Below, piece after piece: positions 12,070-24,090 of a stretch of DNA of 29,442 nucleotides. This DNA comes from Octopus sinensis (Eukaryota). The notes under the pieces are model-generated. The model worked only from the letters and a program-made list of their open reading frames with translations, did not search any database and was not told where the DNA came from. Position 1 is the stretch's first letter. Each line of letters opens with the position of its first letter. The stretch covers positions 1-29,442 of the forward strand of contig NW_021832907.1 in NCBI RefSeq assembly GCF_006345805.1, written 5' to 3'. The position numbers and the translations under genes were made by a program.

Positions 12070-12355
12070 ATGCTTATAGTATTTGGGTCATGATCATGAG
12101 GCTGTGAGTTCGATTCCCGGTGCTTTGTATCCTTGAGCAAGACACTTCATTTAACGTGGCACCAGCCCAGTCGGTTGGCAAAAATAAGCTGTACCTGTAA
12201 TTAATTCAAACGGTCAGCCTCGTCACATTTGGTGTATCATGCTGAGTCTTCCTGGGAATTTCTATAAAGATACGAGTGCTGAGCCATTTGCCTGTTAATT
12301 TTGAGGAGAAGATTGTTCCGTTGATCGGATCACGCGTCGTCGTAACCGACGAAGA
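12070..12355 (+). mobile_element. tRNA-derived SINE, third family (C)
   Basis: B-box gagttcgattcccgg followed by tatccttgagcaagacacttcattt, a motif typical of conserved SINE central domains; 3' gttccgttgatcggatc...gtcgtcgtaaccgacg. Confidence 0.65.
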
Positions 12356-12569
12356 AGAGAAATTGTGTACAGTTGTGGAAATCAGATTCTCAGTGGATGT
12401 TAAGTATATATAAGCTAAAGATCAGCGGAAAGAAAATACCTACGCTGGACTATTGAGGAATCTATAACTACTCTATCCAAATTACAAGTTCAGGTTTATA
12501 CCTGTAAATATTGAGGCACTATGATATGTAATACACTGCCTAAATACCAGTCTTAACAAATAAGGCTTC

Positions 12570-13327
12570 TCAAAACCAGAAAGGACCAATGACGGCAGCA
12601 TTTCCAACAGCACCCGAGACAGTCACTTTTGGGCTGTACAGTGGTTTTTCGTGGAGATTTCTCGGATTTTCAAGAGCTCAATAACGACAGTTCTGTTGGT
12701 TCACCACGCCACTGAGATGAAAATGAGCTTCATCGCTCATTAACAAAATAAAGTTGTCAGTTGCTTCAAAAACTGTTTCCATCTGACGTGCGAAGTTAAG
12801 CCGCTGTGCATAGTCCCATGGTTTCAATTGTTGTCCAATGACCAATTTGTACGGGTAGAAATTCAGGCCTTCATGCAAAATGCACCTTACCAAGTTCAGT
12901 GCAATGCCTCTGAACAGAGCGATTCGGACTCCGTATCAAAGCTTGTCTGACGCGTTCCACATTTTCCGGGGTCCGTACCATTCGTGATGTCCCCATCAGT
13001 CTACTATGTGTTACAGAGTACCTCGTGTACGAAGTGCATTCACCGAACGTAAGATTGTGTTACGGGTGGGAACAGCCTGATTTCGGTGAATGCTGAAGTG
13101 GCGCCGAAACTCACGCTGAACTCCTGTGACAGACTCGTTATTCTTCACATAACTGTCGTTGGCAAACACGCGATGCTCTATCGTCCACAGCACCATGGCT
13201 TCACCTGAAAAGAAATAAAAATAACTAAGACACCACGGACCGAATGGTGCTTGTCGGACATATGTCCCTTCCACTGGGGCTGAGAAATAGACACTTCAAA
13301 AGCGTCCGTCCTCTCTGCCCCACCCTG
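12570..13327 (-). mobile_element. Tc1/mariner-superfamily relic, rosa/DD41D-like, 3'-truncated
   Basis: Starts CAGGGTG. Transposase fragments MVLWTIEHRVFA..YVKNNESVTGVQREFRRHF and LMSDEAHFHLSGVVNQQNCRY*ALENP..LHEKPLYSPKVTV, with stops and frameshifts. Confidence 0.8.
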
Positions 13328-13436
13328 TGTAAGACAAGGCGTAAATAATGATCATTACCTATTTCTCCTTTATTGGAGTAAATTAAACAAATAACGGGAA
13401 AAATATGTAATGACCGCGTGTATGTATATATATATA

Positions 13437-14003
13437 TTGGGTTGTCCGGAAAGTTCGTGCCGATTTATAGTAGCTTACCTTTCGACTTATTTTAGAACAT
13501 GGTTGAGTCCATAAAATAGGATTTGACTACACCTCCATTCAGAGCACAGTTTAAGCTATCTTTTCGTGGGAGAAGCTTTATGTTCCTATAACCTGTGTTA
13601 ATTCTGTAACCCTTTAAAATGGAAGATAAGAAAGTTCATTTTCGGCACTTGATGCTTTGGGAACCAGACAAAAATTGCTGCAGCTCGGCTGGGGTGTGTT
13701 ACCCCACCCTCCATATTCACCAGATATTGCTCCTTCGGATTTCCACTTATTCAGGTCTCTGCAGAATAGTCTTAACGGTAAAAAATTTCATTTCCTTGGA
13801 TGACGTAAAAAGATACCTTGATGAACTCTTTGCCATGAAACCACCTCAATTCTGGGAAGAGGGTATTTTCAAGATAAAGGAAAGATGGAGATGCATTGTG
13901 CAACAAAATGGTTCGTATTTGGTGGATTAAAAATGTAATGGCAAGTACTTATTGACCTTTTTCTTTCCTTTAAAAATCGGCACGAACTTTCCGGACATCC
14001 CAA
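13437..14003 (+). mobile_element. Internally deleted mariner (567 bp) with intact TIRs and TA TSD
   Basis: TIRs ttgggttgtccggaaagttcgtgccgatt and aatcggcacgaactttccggacatcccaa. N-terminal MEDKKVHFRHLMLWE is fused to LGWGVLPHPPYSPDIAPSDFHLFRSLQNSL...RWRCIVQQNGSYLVD*. Confidence 0.92.
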
Positions 14004-14442
14004 TATATAACACATAATTTATGTTGTATGGTGTTTAATATACCTGCATTTGTCTATGTTTTTCAAATCCATACCACTGGCCATGCACAGCTACTTTTCT
14101 TAGCTCGGTTTTGTATTGTTTACCTATATCTGCAAGTGTCTGACTTGTTTGAATATAACACATTTGTAAACTATGTCACATTAATAGAAAACAAAACAAA
14201 ACGAATCGAACTCATAGAACGCGATAGATTATAAATCAAACAGGTTCTTTTTTATTGTTTTTTCAATAAGCCATGTCTCCTTTACACAAATAGTGCCAAG
14301 CAACTTGCTCAAGGTCGCAAATACCATTGTTAGCTGGAGACATTGATCTTAGTCTAAAGTTATCACTTATTATACTTGACATAAGAGTGCAAGGTTTCTC
14401 GTGTTGCCATGGAGAATAAAAATCTATAAATAACACAACATT

Positions 14443-14712
14443 GCAGACATGGTCGTATGGTTAAAGAGTTTGCTTTCCAGCCACATGGTTTCGGGTTCAA
14501 TCCCACGGCATGGCAACTTGGGCAAACATCTTGTACAATAGCCCCGGGCCGAATAATGCCCTAAGAGCGAATTTGATTGACGGGAAAAGTATCTAAAACA
14601 GTAACATATAAATGTGTGTGTGTATGTATGTGTGTGTGTGTGCGCGCGCGTGTGTGTGTGTGTGCGTGTGTGTATGTTTATCTCTGACCACCGCTTGATA
14701 ACCGCCGTTGGT
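14443..14712 (+). mobile_element. SINE family A, old degenerate copy
   Basis: atggttaaagagtttgctttccagccacatggtttcgggttcaatccc...ttgggcaaac...atagccccgggccga. Confidence 0.7.
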
Positions 14713-15012
14713 TATCAAGAACTCCAAAATATTAATTCATGAAACAGGATACACGTATAATTTAATATGAATAAATAATCCAACATTATAATATCCGAAA
14801 GTTGATGAACAAACTAAATTGTTTTAATTTTGTATTATAAATTAACGGTAAAATATTTCTTTACCTTCACCCATTTAATACAATAAATAAGTTAATTGCA
14901 TTGCAATTAAAAGCATTTATGTATTAAGAATTTGGGTACTTTACCAACAGTATATTGGATAAATACTCTCCCTTAGTGGGTTGCACCCATAACCCCTAAC
15001 TTATTTTGTGGT

Positions 15013-15195
15013 ATAGATCGTTAGCTCCTACACGCATTTTTTTCTCTCCTTGTTTTTTCTGTGTATCTTTCTGTCGAAGAGCGTAGGCTCGAAACGTAAA
15101 ATACTTTTTCTATTCCTGAGCGCTATACTAATACATTTGTTTGTTTGTACTCCACCTGCCTTCGTCTTTTGCTTATTTTCGTAAACTTTCCCTTT
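15013..15195 (+). mobile_element. Short PLE-type repeat family with hammerhead-like fold, copy 1
   Basis: tcttt CUGUCGA a gagc-gtag-gctc GAAA c GUA aaa; related copies at 15998, 23541 and 24091. Confidence 0.7.
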
Positions 15196-15544
15196 ATATA
15201 TATAATGTAATATGATATAATATAATATATGTGTGTGTATACATATGTACATGTATGTGTGTGTATCGAGGTAAATTTCATAAGAGAGTAAAGAAATCAT
15301 GTGACCCGTTTTTATGCCTCACAAATTATTCAAACAAGTAATTGCTTAAACCAAACTCCTAGAATTGACTCTGAGTTTTTTTTTTTGCTTTTTGTTTTTT
15401 CTTTTGCTGGGCCGCTATGACTCTTAAAACCAGTTACCCGATTCTGAATGGTATGTACATGAGCAACATCGCACCATTTCACTAGAGCAGAACGCTGATC
15501 CCTTGCAAGTTTCGTGGCTAGGAATACTTGACAGGTATTATGTA

Positions 15545-15681
15545 TTATCGATCTCGGAAGGGATGAAAAGTAAATGGATGGTAAATTTGACATCGGTGGG
15601 ATTTGAACCCAAAAGCTAAATAGCCTGAAGAAATGTCGCTCAAAATTTTCTCCAGCGTGCTACCAATTCTGCCAACTCGCC
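15545..15681 (-). mobile_element. SINE family B, degenerate
   Basis: Reverse complement ggcgagttggcagaattggtagcacgctgg...gggttcaaatcccaccgatgtcaaattt matches the family-B head. Confidence 0.7.
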
Positions 15682-15997
15682 GACTTCGAAATTTTTATTT
15701 GGAGGTAATTTTCTTCACAAGGTTTTCTTAGCTGGGACGGTACTAGAAAGTGAGGGGCCATTTTCAGAGAATAGTCAGTGGGACCCTCTACTCTATAAAT
15801 GCTGAAAATTTATTGAGTGACCGCTGCTGCTAACATAACGCTGAGGTATTTGAATGGGTTAATGGAAATACCTAGACATTTTCCCAGACTGTTTTTCTTG
15901 GCATTTCCCAGTCTAGACATTTCTTCTAAGGATTGACCTTTGCGCCTGTAATATAAAGCTTTTGTTAAACATTCCGCATTGTCATATATATATATAT

Positions 15998-16135
15998 AAA
16001 GGGAAAGTTTACGAAAATAAACAAAAGACGAAGGCAGGTGGAGTACAAACAAACAAATGTATTAGTATAGCACTCAGGAATAGAAAGAGTCTTTTACGTT
16101 TCGAGCCTACGCTCTTCGACAGAAAGATACAGAAA
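15998..16135 (-). mobile_element. Same PLE-type repeat, copy 2 (inverted relative to copy 1)
   Basis: About 4 differences from copy 1 over ~135 bp, counted by eye. Confidence 0.8.
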
Positions 16136-16173
16136 GATATATATATATAATATTGGACTAATAAATGGTTCTT

Positions 16174-16272
16174 GGGCAACTGATATCAGGACAACTCATT
16201 CCTGGAAGTTTCATATCAGACAACTCATACCTGGACAATTGCTACCTAGGAAAACTGATATTTAGGACAACA
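16174..16272 (+). repeat. ~15 bp degenerate tandem repeat (GGACAACTCATACCT-like), probable subterminal repeat of the MULE
   Basis: About 7 units visible. The link to the MULE is inferred from its position upstream of the transposase. Confidence 0.6.
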
Positions 16273-16566
16273 CATAACAGATACAAATATTTTTACTTTC
16301 AAAAATAACCTACTTAAAGACAGTTATTGATAAAGTAAATAGGCAAGTTTTTAGTTTATAGGCGTAACAGTGACTAGCATTCTTTAAATTTCATAGTTCA
16401 TGCTAATTACTGTTCGTCCGGCAAATAACTCGCAAATGTTCGTCATAGTTTTTCAACGAAATTGTTTTATTTTTATATTTTGTGCTTGTCAAGTCAGTTA
16501 GTTTTGTACTTGTCGACTTTTCAACTGTTTTAAAATTTTCTTTAGTCCTCACAATACTATATTATA

Positions 16567-18144
16567 CAGTGGGGGGAAATAAATATTCGTACACGTCAAA
16601 ATTATTTATTTAATTTCTAATGAAATATTATATTTGCATACACATGCATAAACTAAGAATATGAAAAAAAAACTAATAAATTATAGTAACTAATGAATTT
16701 ATATACAATTATAAATATTTAGGGGTGAAAAAGTATTCGTACAGAATAAATTTATGATTTTCTATGCCACAAAATATATCTTTTACGAGAACTTTCTCGT
16801 TTGTTCCAATAATCTTATCAGTTGTCATTTTTAAGTGTCAAAACGCTAGCTTCTTCATTCAGCACTGAGACAACATAAAGTAGTATCGTAATAATGGCGA
16901 AAAGTAAAGAACTCACAAATTCAATGAAAAACTTAATTATTGAACAGTGGAAAAGAGGTAAAAGTTACGGGAAAATATCAGAGACCTTTTGTATTCCATT
17001 TTCTACCATATCTTCATTTATTCAAAGATATAAAAAATCGGGGAACTGTTGAAAACAGAATAAGATCCGGTGCACCACGCAAGATTTCTCCTAAATCTTT
17101 AAGAAAACTGAAGCGAAGAATCGAAAAAAAAATGCAATGATCACCAGAAAGGAGTGGAAAGAAGATTTGTTAGCTTCAGGGACTAGTGTTACACTACGAA
17201 CAATCAGCAATGAACTTCATAGGAATGAACTGAAGTCACGCTCTCCTAGAAAAAAATCCACTGTTGACTAAAAGGCGTAGAGATACCCGTTTAAAATTTG
17301 TTTATGAACATAAAGATAAACCTGATACATTCTGGGAAAATGTTCTATGGACAGATGAGTCGAAAATTGAATTGTTTGGACGAAATTCGCATAGCCATGT
17401 TTAGAGGAAAGATGGTACCGCCTATTTGCCGAAAAATACAATTCCTATCGTAAAGTTTGGAGGTGCAACATCATGGTGTAGGGGTGCTTCTCTGCAAATG
17501 ATACTGGCAATTTACATATGATAGATGGTAGAATGAATGCAGAGATGCACCAAAATATTTTGAACAATGATTTATGGGACTCTGTAGAAAAGGTCCAGCT
17601 TTGTGAAGGTAGGTTTTACAACAGGATAACGACCCTAAGCACACGCGAAGTCTACCAAAAAATGGATTGTCGATCACAGTATAAAATTATTAGAATGGCC
17701 AAGCCAGTCACCTATCGTGAACCCCATTGAAAATTTGTGGCATTATTTGAAAATTAAAATGCATTCAAGAGCCCCAACGTGCATTGCAGATTTGGAGAAA
17801 ATTTGTCAAGAAGAATGGGAAAAAATTCCTAAAGAAACATGCGAGTCATTGATTAAGAACTACAAAAAGAGATTGCTTGAAGTGGAACTGAATAATGGTT
17901 ATGCTACGAAGTATTAAATCAGAATTATCAGTTATTTATGTTGTGTTCGAATACTTTTTTCATCCCTAAATATTTATAATTGAATATAAATTCCTTAGTT
18001 ACTATAATTTATTAGTTTCTTTTGCATATTCTTAATTTATACATGTGTATGCAAATATAGTATTGGTATATCCCCATTTATGTTCATTAGAAATTAAATA
18101 AATAAAGAATTTTGACATGTACGAATATTTATTTCCCCCAACTG
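16567..18144 (+). mobile_element. Full-length Tc1-family transposon, IR/DR type, TA TSD
   Basis: ta-CAGTGGGGGGAAATAAATATTCGTAC...GTACGAATATTTATTTCCCCCAACTG-ta. TIRs are ~185 bp, with the (a/g)tattcgtac motif repeated at their inner and outer ends. Confidence 0.95.
16894..17917 (+). pseudogene. Tc1 DD34E transposase, frameshifted
   Basis: MAKSKELTNSMKNLIIEQWKRGKSYGKIS; VLWTDESKIELFG; QQDNDPKHT; WPSQSP..NPIENLWHYLK; NNGYATKY*; several frameshifts and stops. Confidence 0.93.
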
Positions 18145-18312
18145 TATATAATCTCAGTGAGGGGCTAATAAGCTTGTGGATGATATCAACTACGTGTATA
18201 ATTTTCACAGGCAGAATGCAGGTAAATCGAGAAATGTATGGCTGTGTGAAGTAAGGATGTGCAGAGCGCGCATTCAGACGATGGCTGAGAAGGACCCATT
18301 AGATATAGTATC

Positions 18313-18540
18313 TATTTCTTTATTGCCCACAGTGGGCTAAACATAGAGGGGACAAACAAGGACAGACAAGGGGATTAAGTCGATTATATCGACCCCAGTG
18401 ATTTACTGGTACTTATTTAATCGACCCCGAAAGGATGAAAGGCAAAGTCGACCTCGGCGGAATTCGAACTCAGAACGTAACGACAGACGAAATACGGCTG
18501 CGCATTTCGCCCGGCGTGCTAACGTTTCTGCCAGCTCGCC
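18313..18540 (-). mobile_element. SINE family B monomer inserted in MULE
   Basis: Reverse complement ggcgagctggcagaaacgttagcacgccggg...gagttcgaattccgccgaggtcgactttgcctttcatcctttcggggtcga...aataaagaaata. Confidence 0.92.
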
Positions 18541-19529
18541 ACTTTCACAGTACTGTTGTGAATAATGTGAAATCGAGAATTGTCCTCGGTTTTATAAAAG
18601 CCAAAATCTTGTCATCACAATAGACCGAGAGAATTGTGATTACTATAGAATGTTCTTCTTTGCATGATGACGCGTTGGCTTGACTGCCAGCAACATCAAG
18701 TTTATCATGAAGTATACGTCGATGGAGACAGCAGAACAGTAGTCCTCCCCCCTATTCTATCAGAAGGATATGGTTTTAATATACCACTAGAGCACTGCTA
18801 ATTTGAATCAGTGGAAGTATTTTTGCAATATGATAATGATATGAGCGTAGAAAATAAGGAAAGATTGCTAATTTTCGCCACATCAACAGGGCTAGATGAT
18901 CTATCTTGTTAAAATTTGTGACTGGACGGTCAATGGAATGTTTAAAGTTTGTCCATCTATGTATTACCAGTTATATACAGTCATCATTCAAATAGCTAAT
19001 TTGAATGCACCTCTTGTTTTTGCAAGCAACTTATGATTGGTTGTTTTCTCAGCTGGTTACTCTTCGTCCTGATGTCCAGCCTAAACGGTATATGATGGAC
19101 TTCGAAAAAGCCCCCATAAATAGCCTTATTTCAGGATTTCCTGACATAGAGGTAATTGGTTGTTGATTTGATTTTCTCAAAACCTCTACCGAAAACTTGT
19201 CCAGTCAGGTCATAAAGTCCAATATAATAGAGATGAAGTATTTCGTCTGAAGATGAAGTGCCTTACATCACTTACTTTTTTTCACCAGTGACTGATGTTA
19301 TTGTTGCATACGAAGAACTGTCCGATGGCGATGGTTTGCCACAAGAATTTGTGTCGTATTTTGAAGTGACATAAAGAGGACCCGAAAGAAGAAGAGGCGC
19401 TACAAGACATCGTCTGGTTCCAATAATTCCAATTGGCGTATGAAATATTTCAGAGAGGACTTGAGAATAACATGACTAGAACTAATAATAAATAGCCTTG
19501 AAGGTTTTCATAATGCCTTACAAAATTCA

Positions 19530-19910
19530 AGTGGCTGTGTGGTAAGTAGCTAGTTTACCAACCACATCGGCCCGGGTTCAGTCCCACTGCGTGGCACCTT
19601 GGGCAAGTGTCTTCTACTATAGCCTCGGGCCGACCAAAGCCTTGTGAATGGATTTGGTAGACGGAAACTGAAAGAAGCCCGTCGTATATATATATATATA
19701 TATATGCGTGTGTGTCTGTGTTTGTCCCCCTAGCATTGCTTGACAACCGATGCTGGTGTGTTTATGTCCTCGTTACTTAGCGGTTCGGCAAAAGAGACCG
19801 ATAGAATAAGTACTGGGCTTACAAAAGAATAAGTCGAGTTGCTCGATTAAAGGCGGTGCTCCAGCATGGCCGCAGTCAAACGACTGAAACAAGTAAAAGA
19901 GTAAAAGAGT
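19530..19910 (+). mobile_element. SINE family A, young full-length copy inserted in MULE
   Basis: Complete head, (TA)n centre and tail ending (gtaaaaga)2gt. Confidence 0.93.
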
Positions 19911-19984
19911 ACACCCATCTAGTTAAGGAATATTCCCTGAATAGATGGACGTATAACAACATGGCAGCCGACACTCAAGATCTT

Positions 19985-20911
19985 TAGTGAGACTTAGCTT
20001 GATGAGGACCAGACTGCAAAATCGATGCAACACATGTTGAACTGCCAGGTAAAATCTCTGGTTAACAAATTTCATCAGGAGGAACAAATTCTGTGTGGAT
20101 AATACTTTTCGCATCGGTGAAACAAATCAGCGTCGTCTTGACATTGGACATCACTTATCGAACTTTTGGTGGGGCGTAGCGACATTGAATGCATCCATTG
20201 ACTTGATTGCAGCTTCGTTTCCGGGTCGTATCCGTCGTACCAGCTTTCGTCACCAATGATGACCTGCGAAAAAGGTTCGGATCAACTTTCAACTGTTTCT
20301 CAGATCAAGACCCGCATTTAGTCGTAACCGCTTTTGATCTTCCGTGAGCAAGTGAGGCACAAATTTTGCTGCATCTCTTTTCAGTTGCAATTCCTCGCTC
20401 AAAATTCGTTGGCAGAAGCTCCAGAACATACCAGCCATATCAACAAATTCGTCGATTGTTCGATAATGGTCCTCTAAGATCAGTTCATGAATTTTCATGA
20501 GGTTTTCATTCGTTGGGGAGGACGACGATCGTCCTAAAGAAGAATGGTCTTCAAGCGAGAAGTGGTCGTTCTTAAAGCGTGGAAACCACCCATAAGCTTG
20601 TGTATTGTTCATGACAGCGTCCTTATAAGCAATTTAAAGTATGACAACGGTTTCGGCTGCCATTTTCCCCAGCAGAAGACAGAATTTCACGGAGGCATGC
20701 TGTCCCTACGTTTCAGCCATCGCAAAAATCGACGAACTGGGGAGAAGAACAGCATACAAAGACGCATTGTGTGACAGTACGACTTAACACAACGACTCTG
20801 GTCGACAGACTGATGCCTGAGGGTCGCATCAAGTGGATTCTAACAGCAGAAGCGTGAACTACAACGGGCTTGTTCCATAGAGGACGTTTCCGCTTACTTT
20901 TGGGTACCCTG
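19985..20911 (-). mobile_element. Decayed mariner (irritans/Hsmar2-like), 3'-truncated
   Basis: End cagggtacccaaaagtaagcgg. Fragments AYGWFPRFKN..FSLED..GRSSS, AAKFVPHLLTEDQK, IIGDESWYDGYDPETKLQSSQW, IIHTEFVP, VNQRFYL. Confidence 0.85.
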
Positions 20912-21039
20912 ACTAAGGCCAGAGAGCAGAAACTTCGAAGTCACTATCACGTCTCCTCTTTTTTTTTTTTTTTTGTCTTTTGTATTCTGCAAATACAAGT
21001 ATTGAGTAAATACTTCAATTTAAGGCTACACAATTTTCA

Positions 21040-21370
21040 TTAGTTAATTTTTTGGCTCAAAAAGCAAAAAGCAAGGCCATGTAGGGGGACATGGAGTTAT
21101 GTACAGGGTGGTGTTCATGCAAAGAGTTCAGGCCATTTGTGGTCAAGAGAGACTTTGAACCGAGCGGTCGTCGGCATCTTCACTATCTCGTCCGGCAGCT
21201 TATTCCACGGATCCGCAACCCGGACGGAGAAAGCCCCTCTCCTTCGATTGAGATGAAATCATCGCAGATAGAACTTTTCGGAGTGACCCCGCAGCCGACG
21301 CTCTGGAGCAGGAGTGAAGAACAGCTCTTTCGAGAGGTTACACTTTCCGGCTTATGATGTTGTGAGCAAG
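21040..21370 (-). mobile_element. CR1/L2-group LINE 3' end
   Basis: RLRGHSEKFYLR*FHLNRRRGAFSVRVADPWNKLPDEIVKMPTTARFKVSLDHKW matches the CR1/L2 C-terminal pattern LRGH..KL...FS.RV...WN.LP......FK..LD. Confidence 0.85.
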
Positions 21371-21533
21371 AATGAGATCAGACCACGGCGTCGTCGTTTT
21401 TCTAGAGAATAAAGGTTTCGTTGTGTCTAGGAAGGGTCATTATGCCAATGTTTTTATTAGAATTCAACATATAAAGCATTTACACCACACACACACACAT
21501 GCACGCACACACACACAAACACACACACACACA

Positions 21534-21574
<41 letters not shown>

Positions 21575-22039
21575 GCACACACACAAACACACGCGCAACA
21601 TACATAAAACCGCTGTAACACAACGATTGAACAAAGAGTTTGATTCGCTAAACCAGAGATTTCAAATAAGTATTGTGGTTGATTAGTTCCACAAACATCT
21701 TGATGGTGTTGCTCCAGCGTAGCCGTTGTTTATTTTCACTTCGAACAAGCAAAACAATAAAAAGCAATTGAAAGCATAACTCATACTTGCAAAAACATGA
21801 AGATTAAAAAGAAATGGTTTTCAAGGGAAATAACTTTGAAGTAAAATATGGAGAGTTATTTCCCTTGAAAAATTCACACTATATACTTGTTTAAATGTTG
21901 TTTTGGTGAAAAGAGTAAAAATCATACGGACGAAATTTAAATGACAGACAGACAGACTGACAGATAGATAGATAAATAAAGTGGGTGAGTGAGAAAGAGA
22001 GAGTGGGAGATGTGTGGAGGTGTATGTACGATGTCCTGT

Positions 22040-22200
22040 GTATGGCTTTAAACTGCATCCTGTAGTAGAGCCCTGATCCGGTAATTCCCGGGTTTTGAGA
22101 AGTGTGGAACCACCTCTTAGACACCATTCTCCCCAGTTCTACTCTGACCCAGAATAGCTCTTGTTGGGATCCCAGCTGCAGATTTACGAGAATTTGAACT
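22040..22200 (+). repeat. Degenerate fragment of another retroposon-like repeat
   Basis: aaactgcatc...gtggaaccacctctt...ccattctccccagttctactctgaccc resembles a cephalopod interspersed repeat, recalled from memory and not verified. Confidence 0.35.
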
Positions 22201-22849
22201 ACAGGAAGTAAAGAACCCTTATTTTTGGTACAAAAGGCAAACTCTTATAAAAAGGACCTGAAATCGAATCTGGGTCCTTCATATTATGAATCTGGGTTTC
22301 CTTCTGTGAATCCCTAGTGGCTGCAACGGTCTTTGCCTTCTTGATGGTGATTTCTAGACAGAATTCATTAGAGACACGATCCCAATTTGATTAATTATTC
22401 GTAATGGTACTTATTTTATCGACCCGGAAATGATGAAGAGCGAAGTCGATCGCGGTGTAATTTGAAGTGAGAACCTGGAATACATTGGTTTCTGGTCGTC
22501 TCAACCTCTGTTGTGCCACTGGTTTTATCTCTAATTACTCTGAAAAATAGGTTCTGTGTTGTGACACGCTTTATCTACTCAAAACGAATTCACATGAACT
22601 ACTTTTATGAACTTACAGACTTTAGGAAGAGGATATACTTGGTCACGAGTTGACTTCCTCGATGTACGATATATGTATGAACGATGCACGGTCATTGCAG
22701 ACATCCTTTGTCTTTAGTATTAAGGCTAAGATCATTTCTGTCAGTGATGGTCATACTCGTCTACCAGACGACAGCCACCATGTACGCTGCGTTTGTATAT
22801 ATTAATATATTTATATATATTGTATCTATGTGTATTGTATTTATATATA

Positions 22850-23233
22850 TATTTCTTTATTGTCCACAAGAGGCTAAACACAGAGGGGACAAACAAGGAC
22901 AGAAAAATGGATTAAGTCGATTACATCGATCCCAGTGCGTAACTGGTACTTTATTTATCGACCCCGAAAAGATGAAAGGCAAAGTCGACCTCGGCGGAAT
23001 TTGAACTCAGAATGTAGCGGCTGACGAAATACCTATTTCTTTATTACCCACAAGGGTCTAAACACAGAGACGACAAACAAGGAAAGACAAACGGATTAAG
23101 TCGATCACATCGATCCCAGTGCGTAACTGGTACTTTATTTATCGACCCCGAAAGGATGAAAGGCAAAGTCGACCTCGGCGGAATTTGAACTCAGAACGTA
23201 ACGGCAGACGAAATACCACTACGCATTTCGCCC
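22850..23233 (-). mobile_element. SINE family B head-to-tail dimer (5'-truncated)
   Basis: Two ~183 bp units joined at gaaata/ggtatttcgtc. Confidence 0.9.
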
Positions 23234-23540
23234 GTATGTTTGTGTTCATGTGTGTGGATATGTGTGTATACATACATGTGTGTGCACCGCGCGCGTGTGT
23301 GTATACGGAGAAAGAGAAAGAGAGAGGCAGACATATAGACAGGCAGACAGACCGATAGGAAAAGAGGTTGACGACTGAAAACTTTATAGCTGTACAATCT
23401 CTGCGCAATAACGACGTTGCTCGTCACAAGTTGTAATAGCGCCTAAAGAGTTAAACTTAGAATCCACAACGACGAACCAATAACCTTTTAACAGGGATCT
23501 CAGCCCACATCTAATGTCTGTACATATATGTGCAGGTATA

Positions 23541-23746
23541 GGAAGATTTCACAAACATTTTTTTAAAAAAGACGAAGACAGGTGGTGGAGACAACAAACA
23601 GATGTATTAGTATAACGCTCGAAAAGTGGAAAAGTCTTTAACGTTTCGAGCTTACGCTCTTCTACAGAAAGGGACACAAGAAAAAAAACACAGGAAGAAA
23701 CAATGAGAGAAAATAAAGAATGTGTAGTAGTTAGCAATCTGTCATG
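23541..23746 (-). mobile_element. PLE-type repeat, copy 3 (diverged)
   Basis: Reverse complement cttt CUGUAGA a gagc-gtaa-gctc GAAA c GUU aaag plus shared flanks. Confidence 0.7.
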
Positions 23747-23930
23747 GCGATACACACACGCACACACACATATATATGTATATATATATATATATATAGT
23801 ATGTATATAATATGTATGTATGTATATATGTATGCATGTATGTATATATGTATGTATGTATATATGTATGTATATATATGTGTGTGTGTGTGTGCATGTA
23901 AATATGTATGTATGTATATATAGATGTATG

Positions 23931-23966
<36 letters not shown>

Positions 23967-23978
23967 TACATATATATC

Positions 23979-24010
<32 letters not shown>

Positions 24011-24090
24011 TTTTCTATATATATATATATCTATATATATATGTATATATATAACATACATATATAACATACATATATACATACATACAT

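Larger units (their letters stand above)
18150..19945 (+). pseudogene. Decayed MULE (Mutator) transposase with N-terminal FLYWCH-like zinc finger, interrupted by two SINEs
   Basis: KLVDDINYVYNFHRQ...VWLCEVRMCRARIQT; ERLLIFAT; W.VNGMFKVCPSMYYQLYTV; MMDFEKA; RTNN..LEGFHNALQ; many stops. Confidence 0.85.

Noticed and set aside
15400-15500. tRNA-like segment on the minus strand
   Set aside because: The B box is too degenerate and no cloverleaf can be formed.
15872-15946. 74 nt AG..GT exon-like segment (RKGQSLEEMSRLGNAKKNSLGKCL)
   Set aside because: It is built from repeated aaatgtctag and ctgggaaa motifs, so a repeat remnant is more likely, and it has no partner exons.
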